NCBI RefSeq assembly: GCF_963921235.1 | Contig: NC_086108.1 | Coordinates: 79,920,001-79,984,000, forward strand | DNA length: 64,000 bases | Source: Mobula hypostoma | Lineage: Eukaryota | Direction: 5' to 3' | Shown here: piece after piece, positions 53,098 to 64,000 of the stretch | Layout: each line of letters starts with the position of its first letter | How positions within the stretch are numbered: position 1 is the stretch's first letter | Notes under the pieces: model-generated | Databases searched by the model: none | Seen by the model: the letters and a program-made list of their open reading frames with translations, nothing else | What the model was told of the DNA's origin: nothing | Program-made: the position numbers and the translations under genes

Positions 53098-53624
53098 CTG
53101 AAAAACAAAATATACAGTGTAATCCATTCTACATTGATAGCATTATATATTGTTATGTGCATTACAATGCTGAATAGTAATAGTTAATATAGCAAAATTA
53201 ACTATCATGATGATCAACTTTTATTCCAGTTAACAAAAATTAACCACAGTAATTTTATGAAAAATTTTCATTGATCATCAAAAAATATAAGTAGTAATCA
53301 CTAATCGTTACTATCTACTGAATTAAATCCTGAAGTCAAATTATGGCCTTGAAATCACTCCCACATATCCCTTTCATGGCTGAAAGCAGCTTTGTTCCAT
53401 GTTTAACCCTTCTTGGGAAAGTAACAGATGTTATGGTGGATGCCAGTGTCTAAAACATTTCATGTGGTTGATTCATGATGGTGTCCAGACCATGGGATTA
53501 TTCAGCTACACACCATCTCCTGTTTTAAAACTCAGATATACAATGTATCCCAAGATATTTACCAATCAGATGCTATGAGAACTTTCCACATTGAATGGTC
53601 TTTCCTTCTCCAATAGTTTTTTCA

Positions 53625-54330
53625 ATGTTCAAAGATTCAAAGTGCATTTGTTATCAACAAATGTTTAAATTATACAAACCTGAGATTTGGTTGCTTAATA
53701 GGCAGTTGCAAAGCAAGGATAGAGTTAAAGACCAACCCCCAGTGTCCACAGAGAAAGAAAAAAAAACAAATCATGCAAACAAAGGAAACAAACAAACAAC
53801 AACACTCCAAACCAAACTGAATTCCCAGAGTAGCTTGAAGCAGGCCCAAAGCCTTGGTATTCAGTTTATCATATTGGCAGGGCAAGTCGCTGCATAGTTC
53901 ACAGACAAGAAGCACAGCAGCCTGGGGCATACTCTCAGCCTTAGGGTCCTGGAGAGAGGAGTCCCCAGACTATCTGGGTCAGCGCTCAAATTGTCCAAAC
54001 CTCGCACAAGGAACCAGGCCCTGAATTGGACCCCAGCCTAGATCTCACTGCCGGAGAAGCAGTTTTCAACCTCTCCAAATCAGCTCGGCACTTAGAGTGA
54101 TCCACCCTCGCACCCAGGTAAGTTGGATGGGCATTGAAAGCTTCTCCCCTCCAAATCGTTCACTCCATCCAGCAAGGCTCCAACTCCAAGTGTGTCAATT
54201 TTGCAGTGCACCAGCAGGACACATGTCTAGGTAGTGCTACCTTAAACCAGAAGTTGGTAGGATCTTACTCGGAGGTGAATCTGGTGAAAATCTGTTTCAG
54301 GGAACGGTGGCAAGTGAATTGGCAGCAGAT
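53625..54330 (-). mobile_element. Unclassified retroposon with ttcaaagattcaaag...ttatcaa tail
   Basis: Same tail type as at ~1160, ~10340 and ~46475; distal boundary approximate. Confidence 0.45.
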
Positions 54331-54515
54331 CATATATTGTATAAGTTGGGTCACAGGAAAAGAAATGGAAGAAAAGAAACAATTGGCCCACATCTAATGA
54401 TGACCTTTGACTGGTTTCACCTCTGCTTTGTATTGACAAATAATGGCAGAAATCCTCGCATTGTCCTTATCTTTGTGACCAAACCCAGGGACTCTATTAG
54501 AAGAGCAAATCTCAC

Positions 54516-54634
54516 CTGGAAAAACAGCAGAAAATATCCAGCCTTTTGTCTTCCCGTCGATGAAGATCCAAGCTTAAGATGGCAGGAAAGATGAGGAGCA
54601 CCATCGCAAAGTTAAAAACCACAACTATTGCAGC
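54516..54634 (-). CDS. ptch2: Patched exon (exon 13 equivalent), 119 nt
   Basis: Manual translation [39 protein letters not shown](S); ttgcag / gtgaga. Confidence 0.95.
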
Positions 54635-55340
54635 CTGCAAGGGGCAAGGAATAGAGAAGTTAATATTATTGTATCATTACCCAGATTTGGAAATCTACAG
54701 AATTATTACTTTTAAAAATCCACAAAGGAGAGACTAGGATGAGGGAATTGGCTTTTATTAATGATAAAGTCAACAGCCCACCATGAATACTTTTTGTTCT
54801 GCTGTAATACTTGGAGGAGAGGTACCTCTTACATAATATCTGTCATTCTTTATTGGCTTTTAACTTCCCAAATATGATTCTACATCATCAAATGCATGCG
54901 TTACTGTTTGCTTTCTGCTTTCTTCTTATGTTAATGAACTCCTGCACTGTCTTGTCAGACTGCCTACCAGTTTAGCATGCCCCTTTAAGATCTGAAAGAA
55001 ACATAGTTGAAAATCTATAGCTTCACTGTAGGCCCCAGGCCTCGGGCAAAGAACAGCAGTTTCTGATTTCTAACCAAGATATTTCCAGCTTTAAGTGAGC
55101 TGTACTACAACTCCAGTTCCAGACCTCACCAAAGCCCTGTATTTAGCCAAGGAAAATATTAAATCTCTTAAGGATTCGATGCAAGAAACCCCTCCTCCCT
55201 TAAATATGCCCCCTCTGATTCCTTTCCTCTACATTAACATTAACGTGAAAGACTCCTAAAGTCACAGTAGTCTGATGTAAGAGAATATGGAGGGGGTGAA
55301 GTTGCCCAAGGCAGCCATTATAATATATTATTATCTCCCA

Positions 55341-55349
55341 GACCACCCA
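55341..55349 (+). promoter_or_regulatory. Consensus GLI binding site (intron 12 equivalent)
   Basis: Exact GACCACCCA in unique sequence. Confidence 0.6.
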
Positions 55350-55559
55350 GTGAGTCCAAGAAGATCATATTGCTGGAACTGACATGTAGCTGATACAGCC
55401 CATCATTTATTGCCAACTACACTGGCTGTGCAAATTGAAGGCCTGCTTCCAGGCCAGTCTAGTGTTCTTCCCTGTCAGGTTTTTGGTGCTTAATGCTCTT
55501 TGTATTGCTTTCAATCAACATCTCCGGGCTTTGCCAAGTACAGTAGGCCAATGGGACCC

Positions 55560-56222
55560 TTTTCAGCAAATCAGCATTCAGCATGTTCGTTTGCTCGTTA
55601 TGTGCCATGTCGTATAACGTTGGTCTATCTATCACCATGCTGGCAAATTTTTCTACGTTAGTGGTTTGCCATTGCTTTCTTCTGGGCAGTGTCTTTACAA
55701 AACTGGTAACCCCATTAACAGTTTTTTTTTAAGTGTGTCGTACCAGACATTCAGCCATTCTTGTCTGGCACTTGGTGTCAGAATTAACCGGGTCACATTA
55801 TGAACGTTCCTGACTCGACCCTTGTATTTTTTATGAGGCCAAGTGGCTAGCTCGACACTGAACCCGGCACGGATGGAAAGTGTGATCGGGGGTGGCCCGA
55901 CCTGGATTCGAACACAGGAACCTTCGCTCCAGAGTCTGGTGCTGATCTCACTGCGCCACCAGCCGGCCAAGCCCATTACCAGTACTGTTCAGAGATTGTC
56001 TGCCTGGCATCAGTGGTCACATAACCAGGACTTGTGATCTGCACCAGCTGCTCATATGACCATCCACCACCTACTCCCATGGCTCTCGTGACCCTGACCT
56101 TGCGGGGGAGGTAGAGGAGGCGAAGCAGGTGCTACGCCTTGCCCAAGGGTGACCTGCAGGCTAATGTTGAGAAGCAGCCCCTTACACCCCCTTTGGTAGA
56201 CGTTATCTCCACCCTGCCACAC
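55560..56222 (-). mobile_element. SINE-like element hosting a nested SINE
   Basis: GC-richer repeat-like block with agtggtttgccattgc (RTE-type tail in reverse), split by a TSD-bounded insert; boundaries approximate. Confidence 0.5.
55723..55971 (-). mobile_element. tRNA-derived SINE with poly(A) tail and TSD
   Basis: A box tggcgcagtg, B box gttcgaatcc, T-run at 55722-55730, TSD cccatta(a/c)cagt at 55711-55722 and 55972-55983. Confidence 0.82.
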
Positions 56223-56934
56223 GTATTCAACATGTAAATAAGAACAATGTTTTCCGGAGGGCAAAGGAGAGAAAAACAATCGCTGCTCGGTGGAAATTAA
56301 ATGTTTTTGTAATGTTATTTTCTTTAGCTCTTACGCCCCAATAAAAATAACCATTTTATAAATGGACTGGGGCGTCCATTTACTGATCCCTCCCATCTCA
56401 TGACTGTAATCCTACTCTCTGTGCACCCCTGCTCTTAAACAGAAAAATAAATTAGTCATCATTCAATTTCAATAACAATTCTAAAAAGATGTGTTTGGGT
56501 ATGGAACAATTTATTCGAAACATGTAAGACAGGAGGAAGTATGACTTGCCATCTCTCTAAAATTGCATCTGCATTCAGATTTAAAATGCAAATTAGAAAT
56601 GTTTTGCATCTCTCTCACATCTGAACCTGTTCCCCCCACTTCAAATATAGCTCAAGTTTTTCTAAATGGTAACAGTTTCTTCCTCTGTGCTTACTGCCTG
56701 AGAGATTATAACATGATTATGACTGTCACATCAATTGTGGATGACATGTTGATACTCTGGGTAAATTTTTGTTGAGATTAATTGGAAAGGTGTCTGAGGA
56801 CAGGCAGGCCTAAATGGGAGGGGGCAATTAACGTGCAAATACTGGGGAGCTCAAGGCCACGTTTCAGGATTTGGTGGAAAGGTTTACCACTATTATCATC
56901 CCATCTTTTCTTTTGAAATGGTATCCTTTTCAAG

Positions 56935-57200
56935 CATAAAGAGAGGAGGACTTGAGGAGGAATTTCTGAAGCCAGAGGGTGGTGAATCTGTGGAACTCAT
57001 CGCCACAGATGGCTTGGAGGCCAAGTCACTGGGGATATTTAAAGCAGAGGTTAATAGGTTCTTGATTAGTAAGGCGTTAAAGGTTCAGGGAGAAGACGGG
57101 AAAATGCAGTGGAGAGGGATAATAAATCAGCATGATGGAATGGTGGAGCAGACTTGATGGGCTGAATGGCCTAAATCTGCTCCTATGTCTCATGGTCATA
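56935..57200 (+). mobile_element. CR1 3' fragment
   Basis: gaggaggaatttc..agccagagggtggtgaatctgtggaactcat...ctcctatgtctcatggtc. Confidence 0.8.
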
Positions 57201-57834
57201 TAAAGTTATATTTAAAAAAAGCACTTACACAATTTTCTACATTTGAGACCACCAGTGCAGGTCACAACTTACTAGCGGTATTAGAAAGGTGTCTACTGGA
57301 TAACAAGTAAATTATCATTCTCAGGAGTCAAATCGTATGTTTTATAAGGGGCGACAAGTTAAAAGGGGAAAAGCTGCATGCAAAATTTGGTTTCCATAAT
57401 TGCCTTTCAAGTCTATAAAATAATTCAATGTCGATGACATCCTAAGTCAAGTGGTCCTGATCCCATCCTTACAAAATTCTATTTTTTTTATTTTATTGCA
57501 AAATGTTCTGATCAGTTCATCACACTTCAGAAGCCAAACTCTACTCTGCCACACTTCTAAAGAAGAGCTACACTGTTGTTCAGCAGACTGCTAAGCCCCT
57601 CTGTGGCTGACATCTGCAGGTAGCAAGAGAGAAGGTGCAGGTAAATTCAAAGAAGCATGTAACACCTGGAGCAAAGGAATTTACAGCCCTTAATCCACCC
57701 TCATCCAGTCTGCCCGGACCCCTCCCATGCCCCTCTGCCACTTTCCAACTCAAACATTTTGCAAACTTCTTTGAGAATGTTCAACCGAGGTATTAAGCGA
57801 TGCATTCTCCAGCCACTTTACATGATTCACTTAC

Positions 57835-57960
57835 CTGTAAGGAAAATGCACGAAGTGCGGGGATGGGAATCAGAGCAGCCATCGAGAAAGCAATCATGTT
57901 ATTAATGGATGTGAGAGCAACACTGGTTCCAGTCCTTCTCAGACATTCACCTGTTCTGTC
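57835..57960 (-). CDS. ptch2: Patched exon (exon 12 equivalent), 126 nt
   Basis: [42 protein letters not shown]; donor gtaagt. Confidence 0.95.
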
Positions 57961-58596
57961 CTTTAGCACAAAACCAAACATAGTAAATGGCTATGGAAAT
58001 AATTCACATTACCAAGGTCAATTGTGGGTATAACTGAGCAAGGCAAACAAAGGTATCATTGCATACCAACTCAAACATGATTTTTATTATAACCGGTCTC
58101 AAACTTAACCAAATCATCATTAATGATAGAAGTTTATCCACCTGAATTGATAACTTTCTCTCTACCTTTGCTGTCTGTCTTGCCACTTCTAATTTATACT
58201 ATGGATTTTCCATTTCCAGAAGAAAGTCTCTGTTGGTTTTCTGTTGGCTGTGGAATCCACTACCAATCCCTGTGTGAGCTACCTTATTTCTCTATGATTA
58301 AACCGTTGGTGGGAACACACATTTTGTGTACTCAGCACATTTATATTAAAATTGCATGGAAAGGCATGCATCAAAAATTGACGGTGCTAACATTTTGCCA
58401 AAAGTAGCTTAAAAGGAGCTCTTGACTACTTGTGATGGATTGTGAGTTATCAAACTAATTCAAACTTATTGACAAAGAAGCACGTTCTATCAGGTTGGTG
58501 GAAGTTTCTTTTGTAATCTTCCCCTGATTATTTCAGTGTAGTAATTAGAAAGAAGTAGCCATTGGATTCTAGTTTTAAGTAGAAATTAGTCTTTAC

Positions 58597-58695
58597 CTTG
58601 AAAGGAATGTTCTTATTTTGACCTGTCTCAGTGAATGCATGAGCCAAGAGAAACATGTCATCAACACCAATACCCAGGGCCAGAAATGGTAGTAC
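58597..58695 (-). CDS. ptch2: Patched exon (exon 11 equivalent), 99 nt, TM4
   Basis: Manual translation [33 protein letters not shown]; donor gtaaag. Confidence 0.95.
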
Positions 58696-58751
58696 CTAGT
58701 TTCAGGAGATATAAAGAAATTATTAATATTTGAAATTTGCTATTACAGTCA

Positions 58752-59036
<285 letters not shown>

Positions 59037-59197
59037 CTAATGGGAATTAAAGAAAAAAAAATATTTATCAACATATATCAATACAGTAGAAATAGAAACA
59101 GAAAATTTCTGTTTCTTTTGTTAAGAATTTGCATTGAGAGGCAACCGAAAATGATGTTAACTCGAAACAGAAATATTGAAGATAGAAACAGACTCAC

Positions 59198-59329
59198 CAT
59201 TAGCAAGTACCCTCCAGCGACACGGAGGGCACTGACATCAGAAAAAGATTTCATGATGTCATTGAGGGTGGTGGTGGAAAAGGCATGGATATTTTGTGTG
59301 GAGTTCTGAGGCAGGGACTGGTGAGCCAC
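59198..59329 (-). CDS. ptch2: Patched exon (PTCH1 exon 9 equivalent), 132 nt
   Basis: [44 protein letters not shown]; acceptor ttgtag, donor gtgagt. Confidence 0.95.
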
Positions 59330-59774
59330 CTACAACAAGAAGAAATATAATTTTTAAAAAAACATTAACATTACTGGCTCACTGGAAATGTACATTCAAA
59401 AGTATGACGCATATATTTTCAGGTCTTCAGCATCAGAATGAGATTCAGGTATATTATCACTGACATATATTGAGAAATTTGTAGTTTTGTGGAAAAAGTA
59501 CGGGACGAAGACTAACAATTCCTGAGTTACAATGAATAAATAAACAAACAGTGCAGACTAGGGATGGTGGGGATCATTCAGAAATCCAATGGCAGAGGCG
59601 AAAAAGCTGCTCCTAAAAAGATTGAGTGTGCATCTTTAGGCTCAGTCTAGGATTCCCTAGTAAAAATATGCAACTGATCTGATGAAGCATACAGGGTTAG
59701 ATTTGGTTTCTACCCTGTGGTGAATTGTTTGACCTAAACTAAGAAAATAGTTGATATTTTACAATTGATTTCAA

Positions 59775-59980
59775 AGGACACAAACAAAATGCTGGAGGAG
59801 CTCAGCAGGCCAGGCGGTATCTATGGAAAAAAGTACAGTCGACATTTTGGGCCGAGACCCTGAGGCCTGAAACATCGACTGTACTTTTCTCCATAGATGC
59901 TATCTGCCCTGCTGAGTTCTTCAAGCATCTTGTGTGTGTTGCTTGGATTTCCAGCATCTGCAGACTTTCACTTGTTTGTG
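59775..59980. mobile_element. Fold-back Penelope-terminus-derived insertion (intronic)
   Basis: Inverted arms; TSD at(t/c)gatttcaa at 59764-59774 and 59981-59991. Confidence 0.82.
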
Positions 59981-62038
59981 ATCGATTTCAACAATCTCAG
60001 TTTGAAAAAGGGAGAACAAAAATAAATCACTATGAGTTCACGTGTCACTGTGTGGAGAATAATTGAGGACAAAGCTAACACTGTTTCCCCGAAAGGAGGA
60101 ACTGCCAATATTTTTTTACTTGGGTCCTGAAGACCCAAAGCCCATTCGTGGCATCCTTACTAATTGTCGTGACAGCTTAAACAAACCATGAATCACACTA
60201 CTCTAAATGACCCAATAACCCACTGGGCATTAAATTCACCAGTAAAATGTAACAGGAAACCATTCTTATTGGATACAAATGATAACTCCTAGGTTAAAAT
60301 GAATAAATTGTGAAAGGAGGCAGACTCTAAAACATGCCCAAACAACAATTATTTTAAAGAATTAATGTTGTTGACCTACTTGGTCACAAATATGAGCTTG
60401 AAATCACACTACTGAAGCATTTGCTACTAAACAACAGATAAGTATATTCCTATATTTTATTTGCGTAATGTTTAAAAAAATAGAATCTGATACTAGGTAA
60501 CCTTGAGGACAAATATTCATAATTCCATCATTTACAGTAAATAGCCCTAGTTAAGCGAGGCATGCTGACTCATGACATTAGACTACCACTGTAGGTTATT
60601 TGTTTATCTCCTGGGTAAAAGGTGGTCAAAACTTGACAGAAGAGGCCTTCAGAGGCCAGTCTGCATGACTCAGTTCCATTGGCCTGGTGTAAGATACTAC
60701 GGAGACTAATAATATAAGTAAACCATGCGAGAGTGTGGGGGTGTGGTAGGGAAGAGGATAATGCACCCAGGGGGTTGAATTTTTCACTAAAATTGACACA
60801 CACATTTGTAGCAGATTTAAAGGAAAACAATATGTGAAACAATTGAATAAAGTTCAGACTGCTAACTAGTTATAAAACATGTCTGCTAATTAATTATAAA
60901 ACAATGTGGAAAAAGTAACTCTTCAACAATTTAAGGCAATTTGAATATAAATCTGGAATAGTTAAATAAAAATATCAGTGTATTCTACATTCCCAAGAGA
61001 TCTGTGTTGTCACAAGGGTTGAATAAATTTGAGGTACATCTTGAAGCTATCCAATTTTTCTGATTGGGTTTATTCAAATGCAAACTCTTTGTGAGTTTTT
61101 TCATACATTTTAAACATGTACGAAATACATTATTTTTTGATCCTTGACAGCTTAGAGTAATGGCTGCAGATGCCAAAGATCACTATGGTCAAAGGTCAGG
61201 TGAGATCACATGGCCTCTGGAGCACAGCAAAGGTCCCGTCATTCACCACCTAAGCTGCCACAGCCAAAGGGACTGCAACCTTGGGAATCAGTGAAACATC
61301 TTCCACATTTGCTATTCAACCCAACACAACCCAATTCCCTTTTCAGGCAAGCTTCACATTGGCCTCAGGTCTTCTTGTAATCAGCATCTGGGTGTCAGTT
61401 ATCACCAAACAGCTTGTTCCCATAACTCTCCATCTGTCAGAAGCCCAGAATCCGTCTCCTTGTACACTACAGCTGCAGACTGATGAAAATCAGCCTGATA
61501 AGTAATTTCAGCATTTACAAGAACAATTCTCCCTCTCACATTGGAATGAATCCAATTGAAAATAAAGAGAAAAGTGTGTTTGTTTTCTTCATACAGTATA
61601 TTTTAAAAATCCTTAGTTTTTCCCACAAAACAAAACCCTGAAATTCTCTAGGAGGCACTTAAAGTACTGAACCAAACTGCTTGCAAAATCTTGTACACTC
61701 AGTAGAAACATTTATTTTCCTAAGTGTGCTGAACACAGTGCAACTAATGGTTAAGGCCAACTCCTGGTAATCTGATGTATCTCTGATAAAAATGGACATA
61801 ACTTGCAATATGCCTCATTTTATGTTGATAAAAGCCCAGGCATTAAGTATAACCTCAGAAAAATCCATATTTTGCTCAGGACCTGTTTCCTCGATGTAGT
61901 TTAAACCTCAGTCTGGCATTCATCGAACTACCGCTTACAATTTCTTCCTTTTCTCATTTTTGGGAGAACTTCCACTTAAATGCATGGACTTGTAATTGAA
62001 CATGAATCTAGTGACCATGTAATACATTACCGAGATGG

Positions 62039-62040
<2 letters not shown>

Positions 62041-62070
<30 letters not shown>
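62041..62070. repeat. (GT)15 microsatellite
   Basis: Direct reading. Confidence 0.95.
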
Positions 62071-62071
<1 letters not shown>

Positions 62072-62854
62072 CATGCATGGTGTATCATCATGTGTGTTCA
62101 TGAACATGTGTGTCTGAATGCGAATGCATATCAGTGTATATATGTTCCATGATTCTATCTTCACCTGTCTTTAACATTCATACATTTTTTCCGTAAAGAT
62201 TATTGAATAAGAATCAGGACTGTAAACTCAAGGCTTATTTCTGCACCTTGACATGCCTCTCAAACTTCAAAATCATTCTTGCTCTTTTTTTAAAAAACCA
62301 TGCTTTTGGTCACTACCTCTAACCTCTGTTTGAGTCACTGTTCAAATCTCTTTGTAAATTACCTTGCAAAATTAATTGGCACAAATGCATGTTTATTTTT
62401 GTTGTAAGGTGGTTCTAACTAGCTAAGTGTGAGCATTAAAACTCAAACCATCCTGCTTGTAAAATTTCAGACACACATCACACCTAGCCAATTAAACTAG
62501 TGTGGAGAACTTACATTTTCAGCTTAGGTCATGTCCAGCCCTTTGGACCATAGCTTCTCAACTCAGGTTTTCCAATGTGACAGAATACCCCCAATATTGA
62601 TCATGAAGAATCCAGCTGGTGATATTGAAGAGGGACCAATCATTCTTTACAATGATCTCTTTGGCTCTACTAAAAATGAAGAAGCCATGGATTTTGAATC
62701 ACAGAACTTCAAATGCTTCCTCAAATTTCTGCCATGGATGGTACTGAGGCAATCAGTCTCAGAACTCCACTACGAGTTCAATTCTGTCCTGTGGTACTGT
62801 GTGTGTGTGGAGTGTGCACAGACGCATAGATTTCCACTCACGTCACAGATACAT

Positions 62855-63068
62855 AAACACAAGAGATTCTGCAGATGCTGGAAATCCACAGCGACACACA
62901 CAAAATGCTGGAGGAACTCAGCATCTACGGAAATGAATAAACAGTCAACATTTTGGACCGAGTCCCTTCATCAGGACAGAGGGTCTCGGCTCGAAACATT
63001 GTCTGTTTATTCATTTGCAGGAATCCCTCCTGACCTGCTGAGTTCCTCCAGCATTTTGTGAGCATTGT
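62855..63068. mobile_element. Fold-back Penelope-terminus-derived insertion (intronic)
   Basis: Inverted arms; imperfect TSD tcacaga(ta/ag)cat at 62843-62854 and 63069-63080; minus-strand CTGATGA hammerhead remnant at 62942-62979. Confidence 0.78.
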
Positions 63069-64000
63069 TCACAGAAGCATGCTGGTTAGTAAGCAAATAG
63101 TTACAATAAACTGCGTCTAGTGTCAAAGGTAACGGGGAATTAAGGACGGGAATGTGATTGATGGAATTTTTCTGAGAACCAGCATTGACTCAAGGCCCTA
63201 CATCTACTCAGCAGGACTGAGGGAAAACTTTGTCCTTCTCACCCTGAACCCAGTTTAGTTTCACTGTGGATCTCTGCCGTTTAACAGATCACTCCTAAAT
63301 TCTCTCTCCATTCAACTTGCCAAGAATTTTAATATATAAAATGAATTTCTGCTCACTGTCCTTTCCCAAAATGAACCACCTCATACTTCTCTGCCCTTTC
63401 TCTTTTTGTCCTCACACAATGCCTTTATTGTTTGCCAAGTCTTCAATAAGATTCCTTTGTCTTTCTTCACTGTGAAACTATTCATTTTACTGGAAAACCA
63501 AAGTCCTTCCAGCATAGGAAACAGCATCACCTCCAGCACAGTAATCTACAGCATGCTCCTGCCACCCTGCTCCGTTCCACTGCATTTCCTGTAACTCCAC
63601 CATCTCTTCACCTCAATAGACATCTTCTTAATAGATCAATAACTTCAAGTTATTCTTTACAAATAACCCCTGATTTCCTTGCAAACTTATTGGTATACCT
63701 GAAATATTTTTGATATCTATTTAACCATTCTGAGTCAATTACATACGAAGCAATGGACAGGTGGTAAAAGAAATTTATCATCTAGTCCAGCAAACCCAAG
63801 TCCACAAGAGAAATGATTGAATATTTAATAAGTATCATATAAAATATAAGATTAGTCTATAGAATTAACGATGTATTGTACTTTGGTTCCTTATTATATC
63901 AACTGGTTTGGCCATCATCTAAGATATCTATATGACTGATCGAGCAACACATCAAAAGAGCGACTGCCATGATACACTATCAATCTGTGATCTATCGTGT

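Noticed and set aside
62531..63061. 176-aa plus-strand ORF
   Set aside because: It runs through a fold-back repeat, has no recognisable domain, and is antisense within an intron.
59330..64000. Next upstream Patched exon (ALQTMF.LM.PKQ.YEH...AWQR)
   Set aside because: No matching coding sequence found by eye; it is presumably beyond the window.

Overview
Vertebrate genomic DNA. The repeat families point to a cartilaginous fish, probably a ray (inference). The main feature is the 3' part of a Patched Hedgehog-receptor gene on the minus strand, best matching ptch2. Fifteen coding exons (equivalent to human PTCH1 exons 9-23; 59329 down to the stop at 19966) have GT-AG boundaries and consistent phases and give about 1055 aa; the upstream exons were not found in this window. 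A long AT-rich putative 3' UTR may extend to about 13.07 kb. The rest is decayed retroelements (CR1, Rex/Babar-like, Penelope-like with GIY-YIG/RT remnants, tRNA-derived SINEs) and microsatellites. Notable observations: (1) the abundant Penelope-derived terminal repeat carries a minimal type I hammerhead ribozyme motif (consensus CAGTC-CTGAYGA-A-GGGTCTCGGCCC-GAAACGTC-GACTG), although every copy here is degenerate; (2) several ~200-230 bp fold-back insertions with target-site duplications turn around at that motif; (3) three perfect intronic GLI sites all share CAGACCACCCA; (4) this Ptch2 keeps a long PTCH1-like C-terminal tail and has a candidate splice donor directly after the stop codon.
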